Of a DNA stretch of 64,000 nt, positions 9,002-18,580 are shown in pieces. Numbering within the stretch: the first letter of the stretch is position 1; each line of letters starts with the position of its first letter. Source of the stretch: Candidatus Poribacteria bacterium. Lineage in GTDB: Bacteria > Poribacteria > WGA-4E > WGA-3G. The notes under the pieces are model-generated. The model was not told where the DNA came from. It did no database searches and saw only the letters and a program-made list of their open reading frames with translations. Made by a program: the position numbers and the translations under genes. The DNA lies in assembly GCA_965198235.1 (NCBI GenBank), contig OZ240248.1:4960001-5024000 (forward strand). Reading direction: 5' to 3'.

Positions 9002-10507
9002 TTAAGGAACACGCTGGATATAGATGTCGTAATCTTGTCCGCGCGCGTCGCTCCAAACGACGATAGCCGCGCCACCCTCTGTAGACACAGCTTGCGGCGT
9101 AATTTGTTCTTTGGGGGCATGACAGACAGGGATACCGTTGATTTCCCAAAGTGGCTTTCCATCGGCATCAAGCCGTTGCGCGTAAATTGCATCCTCGGTC
9201 GAATCACCGAAATCTTCGCGATAATCCAGCCAATAGACGACAGTTTCTCCTACCTCACCAGTAGGCACGATTTGAGGGAGACGTTGAACCCCTGCTCCAG
9301 TGCAGACAGGCATACCGCCCTTTTGGAACTGTGCATTTTCGTCGTTCCACAACGCCTCGCCATTTCCGTTGATACGTTGGGCATAGATGTCAGCGAAAAT
9401 ATCCCGTTCGTCCCACCATGCAGCGATAAAACCACCGCTCCCGTCGGGAACACAGGACGGCTGTTGTTGGTTGGCATGCAGTTCGCAGATTGGGATACCG
9501 TCCTTTTCCCATAACGCGTTTCCTTCAGCGGTTATGCGCTGCGCGTAGAGTTGCGCGGTCATATAAAAATTCGGGTCATTACGGTAGTCCGACCAGACGA
9601 AGAACACACCGCCGTTTGCATCGCTGACAGCAAACGGAGCACCTTGGTTGCCGGTTGCTGTACAGACGGAAACTGGACTATTTTCTGCATCATCAACCGA
9701 ATTCCACATAGGACTACCATCTGCTGACAACCGTTGCGCGAAAATGTTCCAATCCGGAGTGCTGATGTCCCACCATGCGAAAATAGCACCGCCTTGCCCA
9801 TCGGCGATTAGAACCGGGTCATACTGATCACCATCGCCACTGTAGACGGGTACACCGTTCGTTTCCCATAGTGGTTTTCCGGTGCTGTCGATCCTTTGGG
9901 CATAAATATCTTGATTTCCGTTCCGCCAATCCTCCCACACAACGATTACGCCACCTTTACCGTCAGCGATAGCGTTTAAATCGTCTTGCAACGTTGGATG
10001 CGTACAGACCGGTGTCCCTTCGGGGTCCCACACTTTGTTTCCATTTGCGTCAATGCGTTGTGCGTAACTGTCCTGATTCCCGTGGCGCGTGTCACCCCAA
10101 ACGAGAATGACACCCCCTTCGCTATCGCTGACAATTAGGGGCCAACTTTGCGAGGAGGGCAGGTCGCAGATTGGGATACCGTTTGCCTCCCAATGAATGT
10201 CACCTGTTGCGCTGATCCGCTGCGCGAAAATATCACGATTCGCGTGTCGGGCATCACTCCACGCGACGATAGCCCCACCTTGCCCGTCGGTAACGAGGAC
10301 AGGAAAGTGTTGTTCGTTCTGCGCTGTGCATAACGGAAGATTTTCTGTCGCGGAGGAGGACCATTCCGCGCTTGCTGTATTTATTACAGTAAACACAGAA
10401 AGGATCGTGAGAGCGAGGCATATCCGGGATTTCAGAAGAGATCTACGGTTTGAGATATAGCACGGGGTGCCGACAGTCTCCCGTATATGCTGAAGAAGGT
10501 AATACAT
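9002..10507 (-). CDS. Secreted protein with eight ~55-aa repeats (predicted beta-propeller); exact start uncertain
   Basis: Signal-like segment ending ASA-E. Repeats of PVC..Q..P....DG.GG..V.W.D.R...DIYAQRI...G..LW..NG. Confidence 0.8.
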   Translation of the reverse strand: MYYLLQHIRETVGTPCYISNRRSLLKSRICLALTILSVFTVINTASAEWSSSATENLPLCTAQNEQHFPVLVTDGQGGAIVAWSDARHANRDIFAQRISATGDIHWEANGIPICDLPSSQSWPLIVSDSEGGVILVWGDTRHGNQDSYAQRIDANGNKVWDPEGTPVCTHPTLQDDLNAIADGKGGVIVVWEDWRNGNQDIYAQRIDSTGKPLWETNGVPVYSGDGDQYDPVLIADGQGGAIFAWWDISTPDWNIFAQRLSADGSPMWNSVDDAENSPVSVCTATGNQGAPFAVSDANGGVFFVWSDYRNDPNFYMTAQLYAQRITAEGNALWEKDGIPICELHANQQQPSCVPDGSGGFIAAWWDERDIFADIYAQRINGNGEALWNDENAQFQKGGMPVCTGAGVQRLPQIVPTGEVGETVVYWLDYREDFGDSTEDAIYAQRLDADGKPLWEINGIPVCHAPKEQITPQAVSTEGGAAIVVWSDARGQDYDIYIQRVP

Positions 10508-10512
10508 TTTTT

Positions 10513-10698
10513 TATAGTAAAATCCACAATTACTTGGACATTACGAGGAGGCGAGGATACTTAGGGGAAATCCGCAGAAATCCGCAGAAATCCGCAGAAA
10601 CACCCTATCAAAAACACCCCTATCAAAAACACCTCGCCAGCGGTGGTGGTGGGTTCGTTCACTGAACAACTGTCTACATATTTTCGGGCTTTACTATA
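10513..10698. mobile_element. Putative MITE with imperfect ~28-bp terminal inverted repeats (TATAGTAAA...TTTACTATA) and internal microsatellites
   Basis: Left tatagtaaaatccacaattacttggaca versus right reverse complement tatagtaaagcccgaaaatatgtagaca. The left end matches the reverse complement of 57760-57789 at 27/30. Confidence 0.55.
10567..10629 (+). repeat. Short tandem repeats (gaaatccgca)x3 and (cacc[c]ctatcaaaaa)x2
   Basis: Read directly from the sequence. Confidence 0.9.
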
Positions 10699-10863
10699 AT
10701 TATGGACTCCTGGGCTGCCTTCCAAATGTCCAGCAAAGACAAATTATACCATTTAAGGCATAATTTCATTTCAGGCAGGTTCCTGGTCTTCCCAGATGGA
10801 TATTCTAAAGTTGTGCCCTAAAATAGAAAAGAGAAAACGTTCAGACCTCGGAGGCAGTTGGGA

Positions 10864-10906
10864 TTCACCGGAAACCATCGTGGAACGTAGTGGAACGATG
10901 ACCAGA
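10864..10906 (+). repeat. Dispersed hairpin repeat, GNA-triloop family
   Basis: catcgt-ggaacgtagtgga-acgatg. 43 nt near-identical (2 mismatches) to 21872-21914. Confidence 0.85.
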
Positions 10907-10930
10907 GGCTCATAGTTAAAAAATTTGGAT

Positions 10931-12565
10931 TTAGATGAGCAGTTCGTCTCCAATTGGGAAGAATTGGTCGGCAATTTGTTGTAGATCCATGGAGGTGTTG
11001 TGTTCAAAAGCGACAACCTCCACCCGTTTGTCTTGTTGCTTGATGAGCTCGGCAAGCGGACAAAAGTCGCCATCACCGCTTGCCAAAATGACGACATCCA
11101 GTGAGCCGAGCATTGAAACGACATCCACTGCAATGCCGACATCCCAGTCACCCTTTGCAGACCCGTCGCCGCGCAAACGTAAGTCTTTACTCTTAATCGT
11201 ATAACCGTTGTGTTCAAGCAGGGACAGGAAACTGGATTGGTTGATTTCGGGTATCTGGACGACATAGGCATAGGCTACCATGAGATACCGTGGTCCAACT
11301 ATCAAATCGAGGAGTTTGATATAGTCGACTCTGCGTCCAAAACGATCTTTGGCGGCGTAAAACATATTTTGAACATCAACGAACACACCGACACGGGGTT
11401 GCTCAGTCGTTAAGTTGTAGGGACTTTGACCTCCGGCGATTTCCTGCGTATCCAGATAAGCGAGAGTTTGACGAATTTGATTCAACGCGCCACGTGCAGC
11501 CTGATGGCAGTTTTCCAGAATATCGAAGTGGCTGTCAAGAGTCGTTTGAAAGTCTTCGAGTCCTTGATGCCCTTTGTAGACTGCCTCCTCAACCAACTTG
11601 AGATCGGTAGTGAAGGTCTCCTTGGCTGCCTTAATTTGTTCATATTCTCTCAGTTGTTCTGCCATCCGTTCTTTTTCAACGAGGAGGTGTTCATGTTCCG
11701 CGGCAAGTTGTTGTAGTTCGGTGGTGTCTTCAATATATTGTGCTATCTGTTCACGAAGTATGTGGTTTTCCTGTTCAAGCGCCTTCAATCGTTTTTCGTT
11801 TCCATGATTTTCCTCCGCTTTCGTTTTTAATCCCTTGTTTTCCTCTAATAGAAAAGCACGTTGTTGATCTAATCGGCTATGTTTTTGCTCAAGCGAGGTA
11901 TAGTCTGCTTTAGAGTCTGCCAATTGCCGTTCAAGGTGCTCGATTTCCTGGACAGGTGCCTCCGACTGTTGTAGTTCGCTTTCTGTGTCGTAAGCGTATT
12001 GAGAGCCAATGCTTTCCAATTGATCGATACTATGGAAGTTTCCGCTCCCATTTGTATATGCCACTTCTATAGATTCGTATGTTGTGTTAAGGAGTTTGTA
12101 GCCGTGCTCAACAACTGCGGTTCGTTGGTCGGTGAGAAGTGCCCAGACGACTTCGCCAAAATCGCCGCCTTCTATGAGGACATCAGACGTTTTGAAAAAC
12201 GTTTCGATTTCGGAGATTTCCATATACCCGACTCGGGAGATCGCAGCCTGCGCCTTTTCAGTAAGAAATTGGCTGACTAACGTGTTGACTTCGGAAGTCA
12301 CACGATCACGATCATCGTGATGGTGTGCCTCCGACGAAGTTTCCGGATTTTTTAGTTCAGGTTTTGCTGTGCCAACGACACCCAAAAACACATCGGCTAA
12401 ATTTACGAGTAATTCTCGCCTTGATAAGGCGTACAGCCGGTCCACATCGAGGACGATGCCGGTAGAGGCACTCAATTGAAAGATCTCTCTTTCATCTAAA
12501 AGTAAGTCGAGAAACCACGTGAGTTGGTCCCGCTGTATATGTAATCTTAAATTTGAGCTTAACAT
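10931..12565 (-). CDS. NYN (LabA/DUF88, PIN-like) domain protein with long coiled coil and unknown N-terminal domain
   Basis: C-terminal VFVDVQNMFY, KGDWDVGIAVD, LASGDGDF. Central E/Q/L/K-rich heptads. Start ATG 12565 preferred. Confidence 0.85.
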   Translation of the reverse strand: MLSSNLRLHIQRDQLTWFLDLLLDEREIFQLSASTGIVLDVDRLYALSRRELLVNLADVFLGVVGTAKPELKNPETSSEAHHHDDRDRVTSEVNTLVSQFLTEKAQAAISRVGYMEISEIETFFKTSDVLIEGGDFGEVVWALLTDQRTAVVEHGYKLLNTTYESIEVAYTNGSGNFHSIDQLESIGSQYAYDTESELQQSEAPVQEIEHLERQLADSKADYTSLEQKHSRLDQQRAFLLEENKGLKTKAEENHGNEKRLKALEQENHILREQIAQYIEDTTELQQLAAEHEHLLVEKERMAEQLREYEQIKAAKETFTTDLKLVEEAVYKGHQGLEDFQTTLDSHFDILENCHQAARGALNQIRQTLAYLDTQEIAGGQSPYNLTTEQPRVGVFVDVQNMFYAAKDRFGRRVDYIKLLDLIVGPRYLMVAYAYVVQIPEINQSSFLSLLEHNGYTIKSKDLRLRGDGSAKGDWDVGIAVDVVSMLGSLDVVILASGDGDFCPLAELIKQQDKRVEVVAFEHNTSMDLQQIADQFFPIGDELLI

Positions 12566-12624
12566 TATTATACTCCGATTTCTCACAGCAAGTTTTGATT
12601 TCAAGCTGCGCTGAAAATGGTAAG

Positions 12625-13932
12625 TTAAATTTTAATAATTTTTTCCTGTCCTTTCTTCACACTGCGCGTTGCGTTGCGTGTGTCAACAACCAGTTGGGCA
12701 TGCTCGACGAGCCAGTCGTAGTCTATAGCACCGTGATCGGTTAGGATGACAACACAATCAACACTTTCTACCAGATCTACTGTTAGAGGTTCTGAGTGAT
12801 AGGTTTCTCTATCATCAAGAGACAGGTTTTTTATATAGGGGTCATGATATAGGAATTCTGCTTTTTTGTCAAGAATTAAACGAATTACTTCGAGTGCAGG
12901 CGATTCTCGAATGTCTCCGATGTCCTTTTTATAAGCGACACCTAAGATTAATAATTTTGCTCCATTCAGTGGTTTACGTTGAAGGTTCAGGGCGTGGATG
13001 ATTTTGTCTAACACGTATTTCGGCATTTCACTGTTAATTTCGGTAGCGAGTTCAATAAATCGAGCGTGGTACTGATACATCTGTGCCTTCCAAGAGAGAT
13101 AGTGCGGGTCAATTGGAATACAGTGTCCACCGAGCCCAGGACCTGGATAGAACGGCATAAATCCGAACGGTTTTGTAGCAGCCGCGTCAATGATTTCCCA
13201 CACGTCCAGATCCATCCTATCACAGATAAGTGCGACCTCATTAATTAAGCCGATGTTGACACTCCGAAACGTGTTTTCTAAGAGTTTCACCATTTCCGCC
13301 GTTTGGGGTGAAGATACTGTGTGTGTTTTACTGATGAACTGTGCGTAGAAGGTTTTCGCGATGTGGGTGCATTGCGGCGTAACACCCCCGATAATTTTAG
13401 GGGTATTTGTCATGAAGTAGGTACTATTTCCCGGCTCAATCCGTTCCGGTGAGTAGGCGAGATAGAAATCGCTTCCTACCTGTTTGGTATTGGGATGGGT
13501 GTTAAGTTTTGGCAGCACGACTTCTTCGGTGGTGCCGGGGTAGGTGGTGCTTTCGAGGATAATCAGTTGTTCGGGATGGAGGTATTGCGCAACTTGCTGG
13601 ACTGCAGCGATGATAAACTGCATGTCGGGAGTTCGGTTTTCACCCAAAGGGGTCGGCACACAGATATTAACTGTGTCCAATTCTCGGAGCACAGAAAAGT
13701 CTGTTGTTATCTGAATCTGCCCGGATGTAATAAGCGGTGCGAGCACTGCGTCGGCGACATCAGGGACATCGGAGATACCCTGTTTCAATCGCTCTATTTT
13801 TTCTGAACAGATATCGATGCCTGTAACTCGGAATCCCACACTCGCAATCGCAACCGCAAGCGGCAGTCCGACATATCCAAGCCCGATAACACCAGCGCGA
13901 GCTGTCCGGGTTTCTATCTTTTCAAGAATCAT
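12625..13932 (-). CDS. Nucleotide-sugar dehydrogenase (UDP-N-acetyl-hexosamine 6-dehydrogenase type)
   Basis: GLGYVGLP, CVPTP, ESTTYPGTT, SPERIEPG, GPGLGGHCIPIDP, DIRESP. Start ATG 13932 (MILEKI). Confidence 0.93.
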   Translation of the reverse strand: MILEKIETRTARAGVIGLGYVGLPLAVAIASVGFRVTGIDICSEKIERLKQGISDVPDVADAVLAPLITSGQIQITTDFSVLRELDTVNICVPTPLGENRTPDMQFIIAAVQQVAQYLHPEQLIILESTTYPGTTEEVVLPKLNTHPNTKQVGSDFYLAYSPERIEPGNSTYFMTNTPKIIGGVTPQCTHIAKTFYAQFISKTHTVSSPQTAEMVKLLENTFRSVNIGLINEVALICDRMDLDVWEIIDAAATKPFGFMPFYPGPGLGGHCIPIDPHYLSWKAQMYQYHARFIELATEINSEMPKYVLDKIIHALNLQRKPLNGAKLLILGVAYKKDIGDIRESPALEVIRLILDKKAEFLYHDPYIKNLSLDDRETYHSEPLTVDLVESVDCVVILTDHGAIDYDWLVEHAQLVVDTRNATRSVKKGQEKIIKI

Positions 13933-14055
13933 TCTTTTAATTTTACCTTGCGGTTCGGTCAGGTAAGTTGGAGATGTGGCGATCTTCCCCGTAGAACTGA
14001 AGAAATACCCAAGCAAAAACCCCTCCACTACGCTACGGGCTACAATTTCAGTTTT

Positions 14056-14637
14056 TCATTCTTTTAATTTCCTGAGCCAGCGCGTTGCTGTGTAAAGATT
14101 TGTGAAGATTTTATCGGGACGGTGTCCATTCTTATCCGCACGCCGACAAGGTTTCATGTTAATGTAGTGGTAATAACTCTCCTGTCCAAGTCCTGTTAAA
14201 ACGAGAAACGTTGTGGTGCCAACACGTCGTCCTGCTTCAATATCTGTGGTCCAATCACCAATCAAATAGGCAGTTGACAGTTCAATGTTATGTTCACGTG
14301 CAGCACGTAGTAACATACCAGGCTTCGGTTTTCGACACTCGCACCCTGCATCGGGATGGTGTGGACAGTAGTAAACAGCATCAATTCTTCCACCTGCTTT
14401 GCTGATTTCGGCAACCATTTGCGAGTGGATATCCGTCAAATTTTCCTCTGAATAGAGTCCTCTCCCGATTCCTGCTTGATTGGTTACTACAATAATTCGA
14501 TAACCATTTTCTGATAATTCTCGGATTGCTTTCCGGGCATTCGGAATGAAGGTGAATTCCGCCCATTTCCGGACATAGCCTTTATTAGGTGGATTCCGGT
14601 TGATAACGCCATCCCGATCCAGAAAAATAGTCTTCAT
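14056..14637 (-). CDS. gmhB: D-glycero-D-manno-heptose 1,7-bisphosphate phosphatase (HAD)
   Basis: FLDRDGVIN, VTNQAGIGRG, CPHHPDAGCECRKPKPG, IGD. Confidence 0.92.
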   Translation of the reverse strand: MKTIFLDRDGVINRNPPNKGYVRKWAEFTFIPNARKAIRELSENGYRIIVVTNQAGIGRGLYSEENLTDIHSQMVAEISKAGGRIDAVYYCPHHPDAGCECRKPKPGMLLRAAREHNIELSTAYLIGDWTTDIEAGRRVGTTTFLVLTGLGQESYYHYINMKPCRRADKNGHRPDKIFTNLYTATRWLRKLKE

Positions 14638-14648
14638 TTTTACTTTCC

Positions 14649-15686
14649 TTACAATCCGGGAACAGAGGCTGCAGTCTCAATAACGTTCAGCAGTTCCTTT
14701 GGTGTGACGGTCGCGCACCCCATCTTACCGACGGCAATCCCGCCCGCGAGGTTAGACAGCATAGCAGCACTACGAAATTCAGCGTCCGCCGCGAGCGCAA
14801 GCGTGAAAGCGGCGACAACCGTGTCCCCTGCGCCTGTAACATCTGTCACGAGGTCTGAATACGGTGGGAGGTGTTCTACTTCTACAGTCCTGTCCGCATT
14901 ACGTTGAAACAGAGACATCCCTTTTGCATCGCGGGTGATTAGCAACGCCTTGAGGGATAACCGGTTCAGAATTTCTTCACCGACAGCAACCAGATCGGAC
15001 ACATCCACGATTTCTTCATGGACAGCGGCACTTGCCTCCTTGTGGTTCGGCGTAACGGCGGTTACACCTTCATAGTGCCAGAAGTTGTTTTGCTTCGGAT
15101 CGACGATAATTGGGATACCGTAAGACTCAGCGTGTTTCATAACACTCTTAATAAGTTGGGCAGTAACTACCCCTTTATCGTAATCAGCGAAGATAATTGC
15201 GTCGCTTGTTGGCAATTGAGAAGCGACAGTGTCCAGTAGGTGTCCCCGTATTTGAGGAGAGATCTCCTGTTTGGATTCCCTGTCAATGCGGAGCAAATGA
15301 TGCCCCGAATCCCGTTCCCGATCTGCGAAGTTCGTAGCGGCACGGGCAATGACACGTGTTTTTGTGCTTGTCGGTCGCTGAGGGTCAGTATAGACCCCGG
15401 TAGTAACGAGATTCATATCGGTTAGCATCCGGACTAACTTTTCGCCTTCCCTGTCCTCACCGATGACACCGACCAAAACCGCGTTGCCGCCTAAGCTTGC
15501 GACGTTCTGGGCGACATTCGCCGCACCACCACATCCGACCTTCTCTGTCGTCGTCTCAAACACTGGAACAGGGGCTTCGGGCGAAATTCGCTTCACATCC
15601 CCCCAGATATATGTGTCTAGGATGACATCACCGATAATCACTACCCGCTTACCTTGAAGTTGTTCAAAAACGGCTTTTAAGTTCAC
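14649..15686 (-). CDS. rfaE1: D-glycero-D-manno-heptose-7-phosphate kinase (PfkB family, HldE domain I)
   Basis: IGDVILDTY, RISPEAPVP, GGAANVA, DYDKGV, DVTGAGDTV. Confidence 0.92.
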   Translation of the reverse strand: MNLKAVFEQLQGKRVVIIGDVILDTYIWGDVKRISPEAPVPVFETTTEKVGCGGAANVAQNVASLGGNAVLVGVIGEDREGEKLVRMLTDMNLVTTGVYTDPQRPTSTKTRVIARAATNFADRERDSGHHLLRIDRESKQEISPQIRGHLLDTVASQLPTSDAIIFADYDKGVVTAQLIKSVMKHAESYGIPIIVDPKQNNFWHYEGVTAVTPNHKEASAAVHEEIVDVSDLVAVGEEILNRLSLKALLITRDAKGMSLFQRNADRTVEVEHLPPYSDLVTDVTGAGDTVVAAFTLALAADAEFRSAAMLSNLAGGIAVGKMGCATVTPKELLNVIETAASVPGL

Positions 15687-16123
15687 AACATTATATTAGC
15701 ATAAATCTGCAGGTTAAAGCAACAAACATTCTTGGCAGAGCAGGATCATTGGGTTTTCCTGTAGGAGGGATCTCCGAATCCCGACTTATTTGGTAGCATC
15801 GACAGAAAACTGAATGGCTATAGCAACGCCTCTCTTCATCAGTGAACAATTCCGAAAAAGAATCGCGCGTTTCATAGTTTTCATAGCAAAATCAGAAAAT
15901 TTCGGATTTTAGAAAAGGCTTTAAACACACACTATGACTGGATTCTGATCAGTTTTCGCCAAAGATTTCTTTCACACCTGCTATGAAATTTTTACAAGCA
16001 AGGAGAGACATCATTCCTCGTGCGGTGTGTGATGCTACGTTCTTACATGTGAAATTCCCCAATATTAACATATTAGAAAATTATACCAATCAAAAAGAAA
16101 GGTGTCAGGGTTTGGGGACGTAT

Positions 16124-16237
16124 ATTGTCTGAATCACGGATTGTCGCGGATGACACGGATTACGCGGATTTTCATTGGTTTCTGTCAGTAATCATTGTCA
16201 GAATCAGGATTTACAGGATTAAAGGATTTATGGGATA
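16124..16237 (+). repeat. Two short arrays of degenerate 8-9-nt ...GGATT repeats
   Basis: attgtctgaatcacggattgtcgcggatgacacggattacgcggattt and attgtcagaatcaggatttacaggattaaaggatttatgggat. Confidence 0.65.
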
Positions 16238-16673
16238 AAAGGGAGGTTTTGATGGTTTCCCTGTGCTGCCGATAGACACGATTCACGGAGGCTTCACGGA
16301 GAATTTTCTAAAGTCAAGCGGTACGTGGGTTCGTGAAACGCAACATATCCTTTCTCCGTGAAAACACGAAATGATAAATTATATTTAACGAAATATCTCA
16401 CTTAAATCCCGCGTCCGTCCACCTTGGTGGATGCGGTTTTCCAAACGCCTGAATCACTCTCAGTGCCTCACTCTTTTCGGTTAGCGTTTGCTACCTCGCC
16501 TTCTTTTGACACCGAAATTTGATACACATAATACAGATGACAATTAGTAACATTTTTTGAAGGAGACCTAACTGTCTTGCAACTAAAGTGGAAAATGAAG
16601 TCAGTAGAAGCCAGCAGGAATATCATCCAAATTATCCAAACTTCAGTAAAAATAAGGCGGATACTCAATTATT

Positions 16674-16946
16674 ATGTTCAGGGCTTTTGCAAAAGGCATT
16701 GGTGTACTCATCTTACTCATAGGCTTTATAGGGTGTGGAGATGCCGAAAAAGTAGGTCCGGTTCCACCTGGAGACTTCCTTGAAATTAATAAAGTCTTAG
16801 ACCAGTGGCGGCAAGGTTATGAGACGGAAGATGTTAACTCTTATATGGGTACTTTCTGGGGAGACGGTTTTCTTTATGTCTCTGATTGGGGGACAGATGG
16901 AGATAAGACGGACGATTTGGAGTTTGATGACATTATTTTAATATAA
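16674..16946 (+). pseudogene. Lipoprotein, probably C-terminally truncated
   Basis: Lipobox FIG-C and GGCGG upstream. Coding-like sequence ends abruptly in an AT-rich tract just before a MITE. Confidence 0.5.
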
Positions 16947-16969
16947 TTAATAAACGCCTATACCAGCGT

Positions 16970-17112
16970 CAGGACTATTTAGTTTTCGGTTCCGATCTTA
17001 GTTTTCGTTCACAGATGTTAAGGTTTTCGCGCAATATCGCGAGCACAGCTCGCTCCTACAGCGGAAAAATGTTCACACATATAAAGTAAATATGTAAAAC
17101 TAAATGACCCTG
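16970..17112. mobile_element. 143-bp MITE with 17-bp TIRs and 10-bp target site duplication (ISAs1-like ends)
   Basis: ATACCAGCGT at 16960-16969 and 17113-17122. TIR caggactatttagtttt versus reverse complement cagggtcatttagtttt (14/17). Confidence 0.85.
17036..17060 (-). repeat. GTAG-type REP palindrome
   Basis: Reverse complement TGTAGGAGCGAGCTGTGCTCGCGAT. Identical 25-mer at 54884-54908. Confidence 0.85.
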
Positions 17113-17250
17113 ATACCAGCGTGGTTTTCCCTTGCATTTCGGGCGACTACCTGATAAAATATTCAGCGGTGTGAAGAAATAACAAAGTACCTGCTTCTGA
17201 AAACCAACACAATGACAAAATCTCCTAAAAAGGATTGATAGTGAATTTCC

Positions 17251-18510
17251 ATGAACAAATCTGCTTTACGAAATCAGTTTTTTGATGGAGTATGCGCCAA
17301 ATGTATTAGCAGCCCAAAACTTTCTCTAAAAAGATTTATACTACTTTTGCTGAGTGTGTTACAACTTAGTCTTTCCGGACTTATTTCCGCTGCGGATTCC
17401 CCCACCGAAAATCCGACTATCGGAAACCCAGAGGCTACACCGAAAGATCCAAAACCCACGGAATTATCTACATATAAATTGCAAGTTGGTGACAGTTTTG
17501 TTGTCACCGTGGACGGCTACCCTGAATATAGCAAAGAGCGAGTCCCTGTGCCGGTTCAACAAGATGGCTATGTCTCTTATCCGCTGATTGGGCTCATCAA
17601 GGCAGCGACTCTCACGGTTTCTGAACTCGAAGCGCAGATGCAGTCCGCTTTTTCAAAGCATCTCCCGACAGCGCGCGTGTTTGTAACGCTCATGAAGCCG
17701 AAACGGACGATTCTTGTGTTCGGTGCTGTCCAGCTTCGCGCACGTGGGAACCTCCATGTGTTTGAAGTCGGGCAGGTGTATCTCCTTCAGGCACTCGCAT
17801 CCGCTGGAATCAACTATGAAGCTGCAGATCTTACGGACATTTCTATCTGGCGGGATGGGAAACTCTATAAAAAGATTGATTACCTTCAGCTCATCGGCGC
17901 AGGTGGTCCCGATGTCCCGTTGAAGGATCATGATACTATCTTTGTTCCGTCTGTCTTTCAGCAAAGACCGGTGCGTGTCATAGGTGCGGTGGTAGCCCCG
18001 GGTGTTTATCCCATAACCGCACCGCAGGTGCCGGCAAGTCAGGTATTGAAAATCGCGGGAGGTTCCAGAACTGATTTCGCAGACTTGCACAAATCAGAAA
18101 TCATCACCAGTAAAGAGCGCATTTTAGTCGATCTCGCTGCAGAGAATATTGAGACAACAATGGGACCCGGAGATACGTTGTATGTCCCGTTGGCGGAAGC
18201 GAAAATTAGTGTTACGGGGGCTGTCGAGAAACCGGGGCAATACGTGATTACTGAACCGGTGCTGCTCGGTCAAGCCATTGCGATGGCAGGTGGGTTCAAC
18301 GAGGAGAGGGCGAATCCCAAAAAATGCTTACTCACGCGGGCAGATGGGACAGAGAAAGAACTGAACTTCGATCAGATGCACTCGGGCGTTTACTTGAACC
18401 CGAAGGATCAGCTCAGAGTCCGTGAAAGAACACGTTTAGATTGGCGAGTCATCACCTTCGCAACATCTTTTGTGAACTTGCTTGTCACAGTCCTGCTCAG
18501 ATACAATTAA
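17251..18510 (+). CDS. Polysaccharide export protein (Poly_export plus SLBB domains, Wza-like)
   Basis: YKLQVGDSF, DGYVSYPLIG, repeated V.GAV..PG.Y SLBB motifs, C-terminal hydrophobic helix, upstream of wzc-like gene. Confidence 0.88.
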   Translation: MNKSALRNQFFDGVCAKCISSPKLSLKRFILLLLSVLQLSLSGLISAADSPTENPTIGNPEATPKDPKPTELSTYKLQVGDSFVVTVDGYPEYSKERVPVPVQQDGYVSYPLIGLIKAATLTVSELEAQMQSAFSKHLPTARVFVTLMKPKRTILVFGAVQLRARGNLHVFEVGQVYLLQALASAGINYEAADLTDISIWRDGKLYKKIDYLQLIGAGGPDVPLKDHDTIFVPSVFQQRPVRVIGAVVAPGVYPITAPQVPASQVLKIAGGSRTDFADLHKSEIITSKERILVDLAAENIETTMGPGDTLYVPLAEAKISVTGAVEKPGQYVITEPVLLGQAIAMAGGFNEERANPKKCLLTRADGTEKELNFDQMHSGVYLNPKDQLRVRERTRLDWRVITFATSFVNLLVTVLLRYN

Positions 18511-18580
18511 TTTTGGGTCCTATGCGGCTGCAAAACACACCTACGAGGCATGAAAATAAGAAAACATAACGAGGTTAGAG

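Noticed and set aside
10567-10629. Possible CRISPR array
   Set aside because: Units are 10-15 nt and directly adjacent with no unique spacers, and there are no cas genes in the window.
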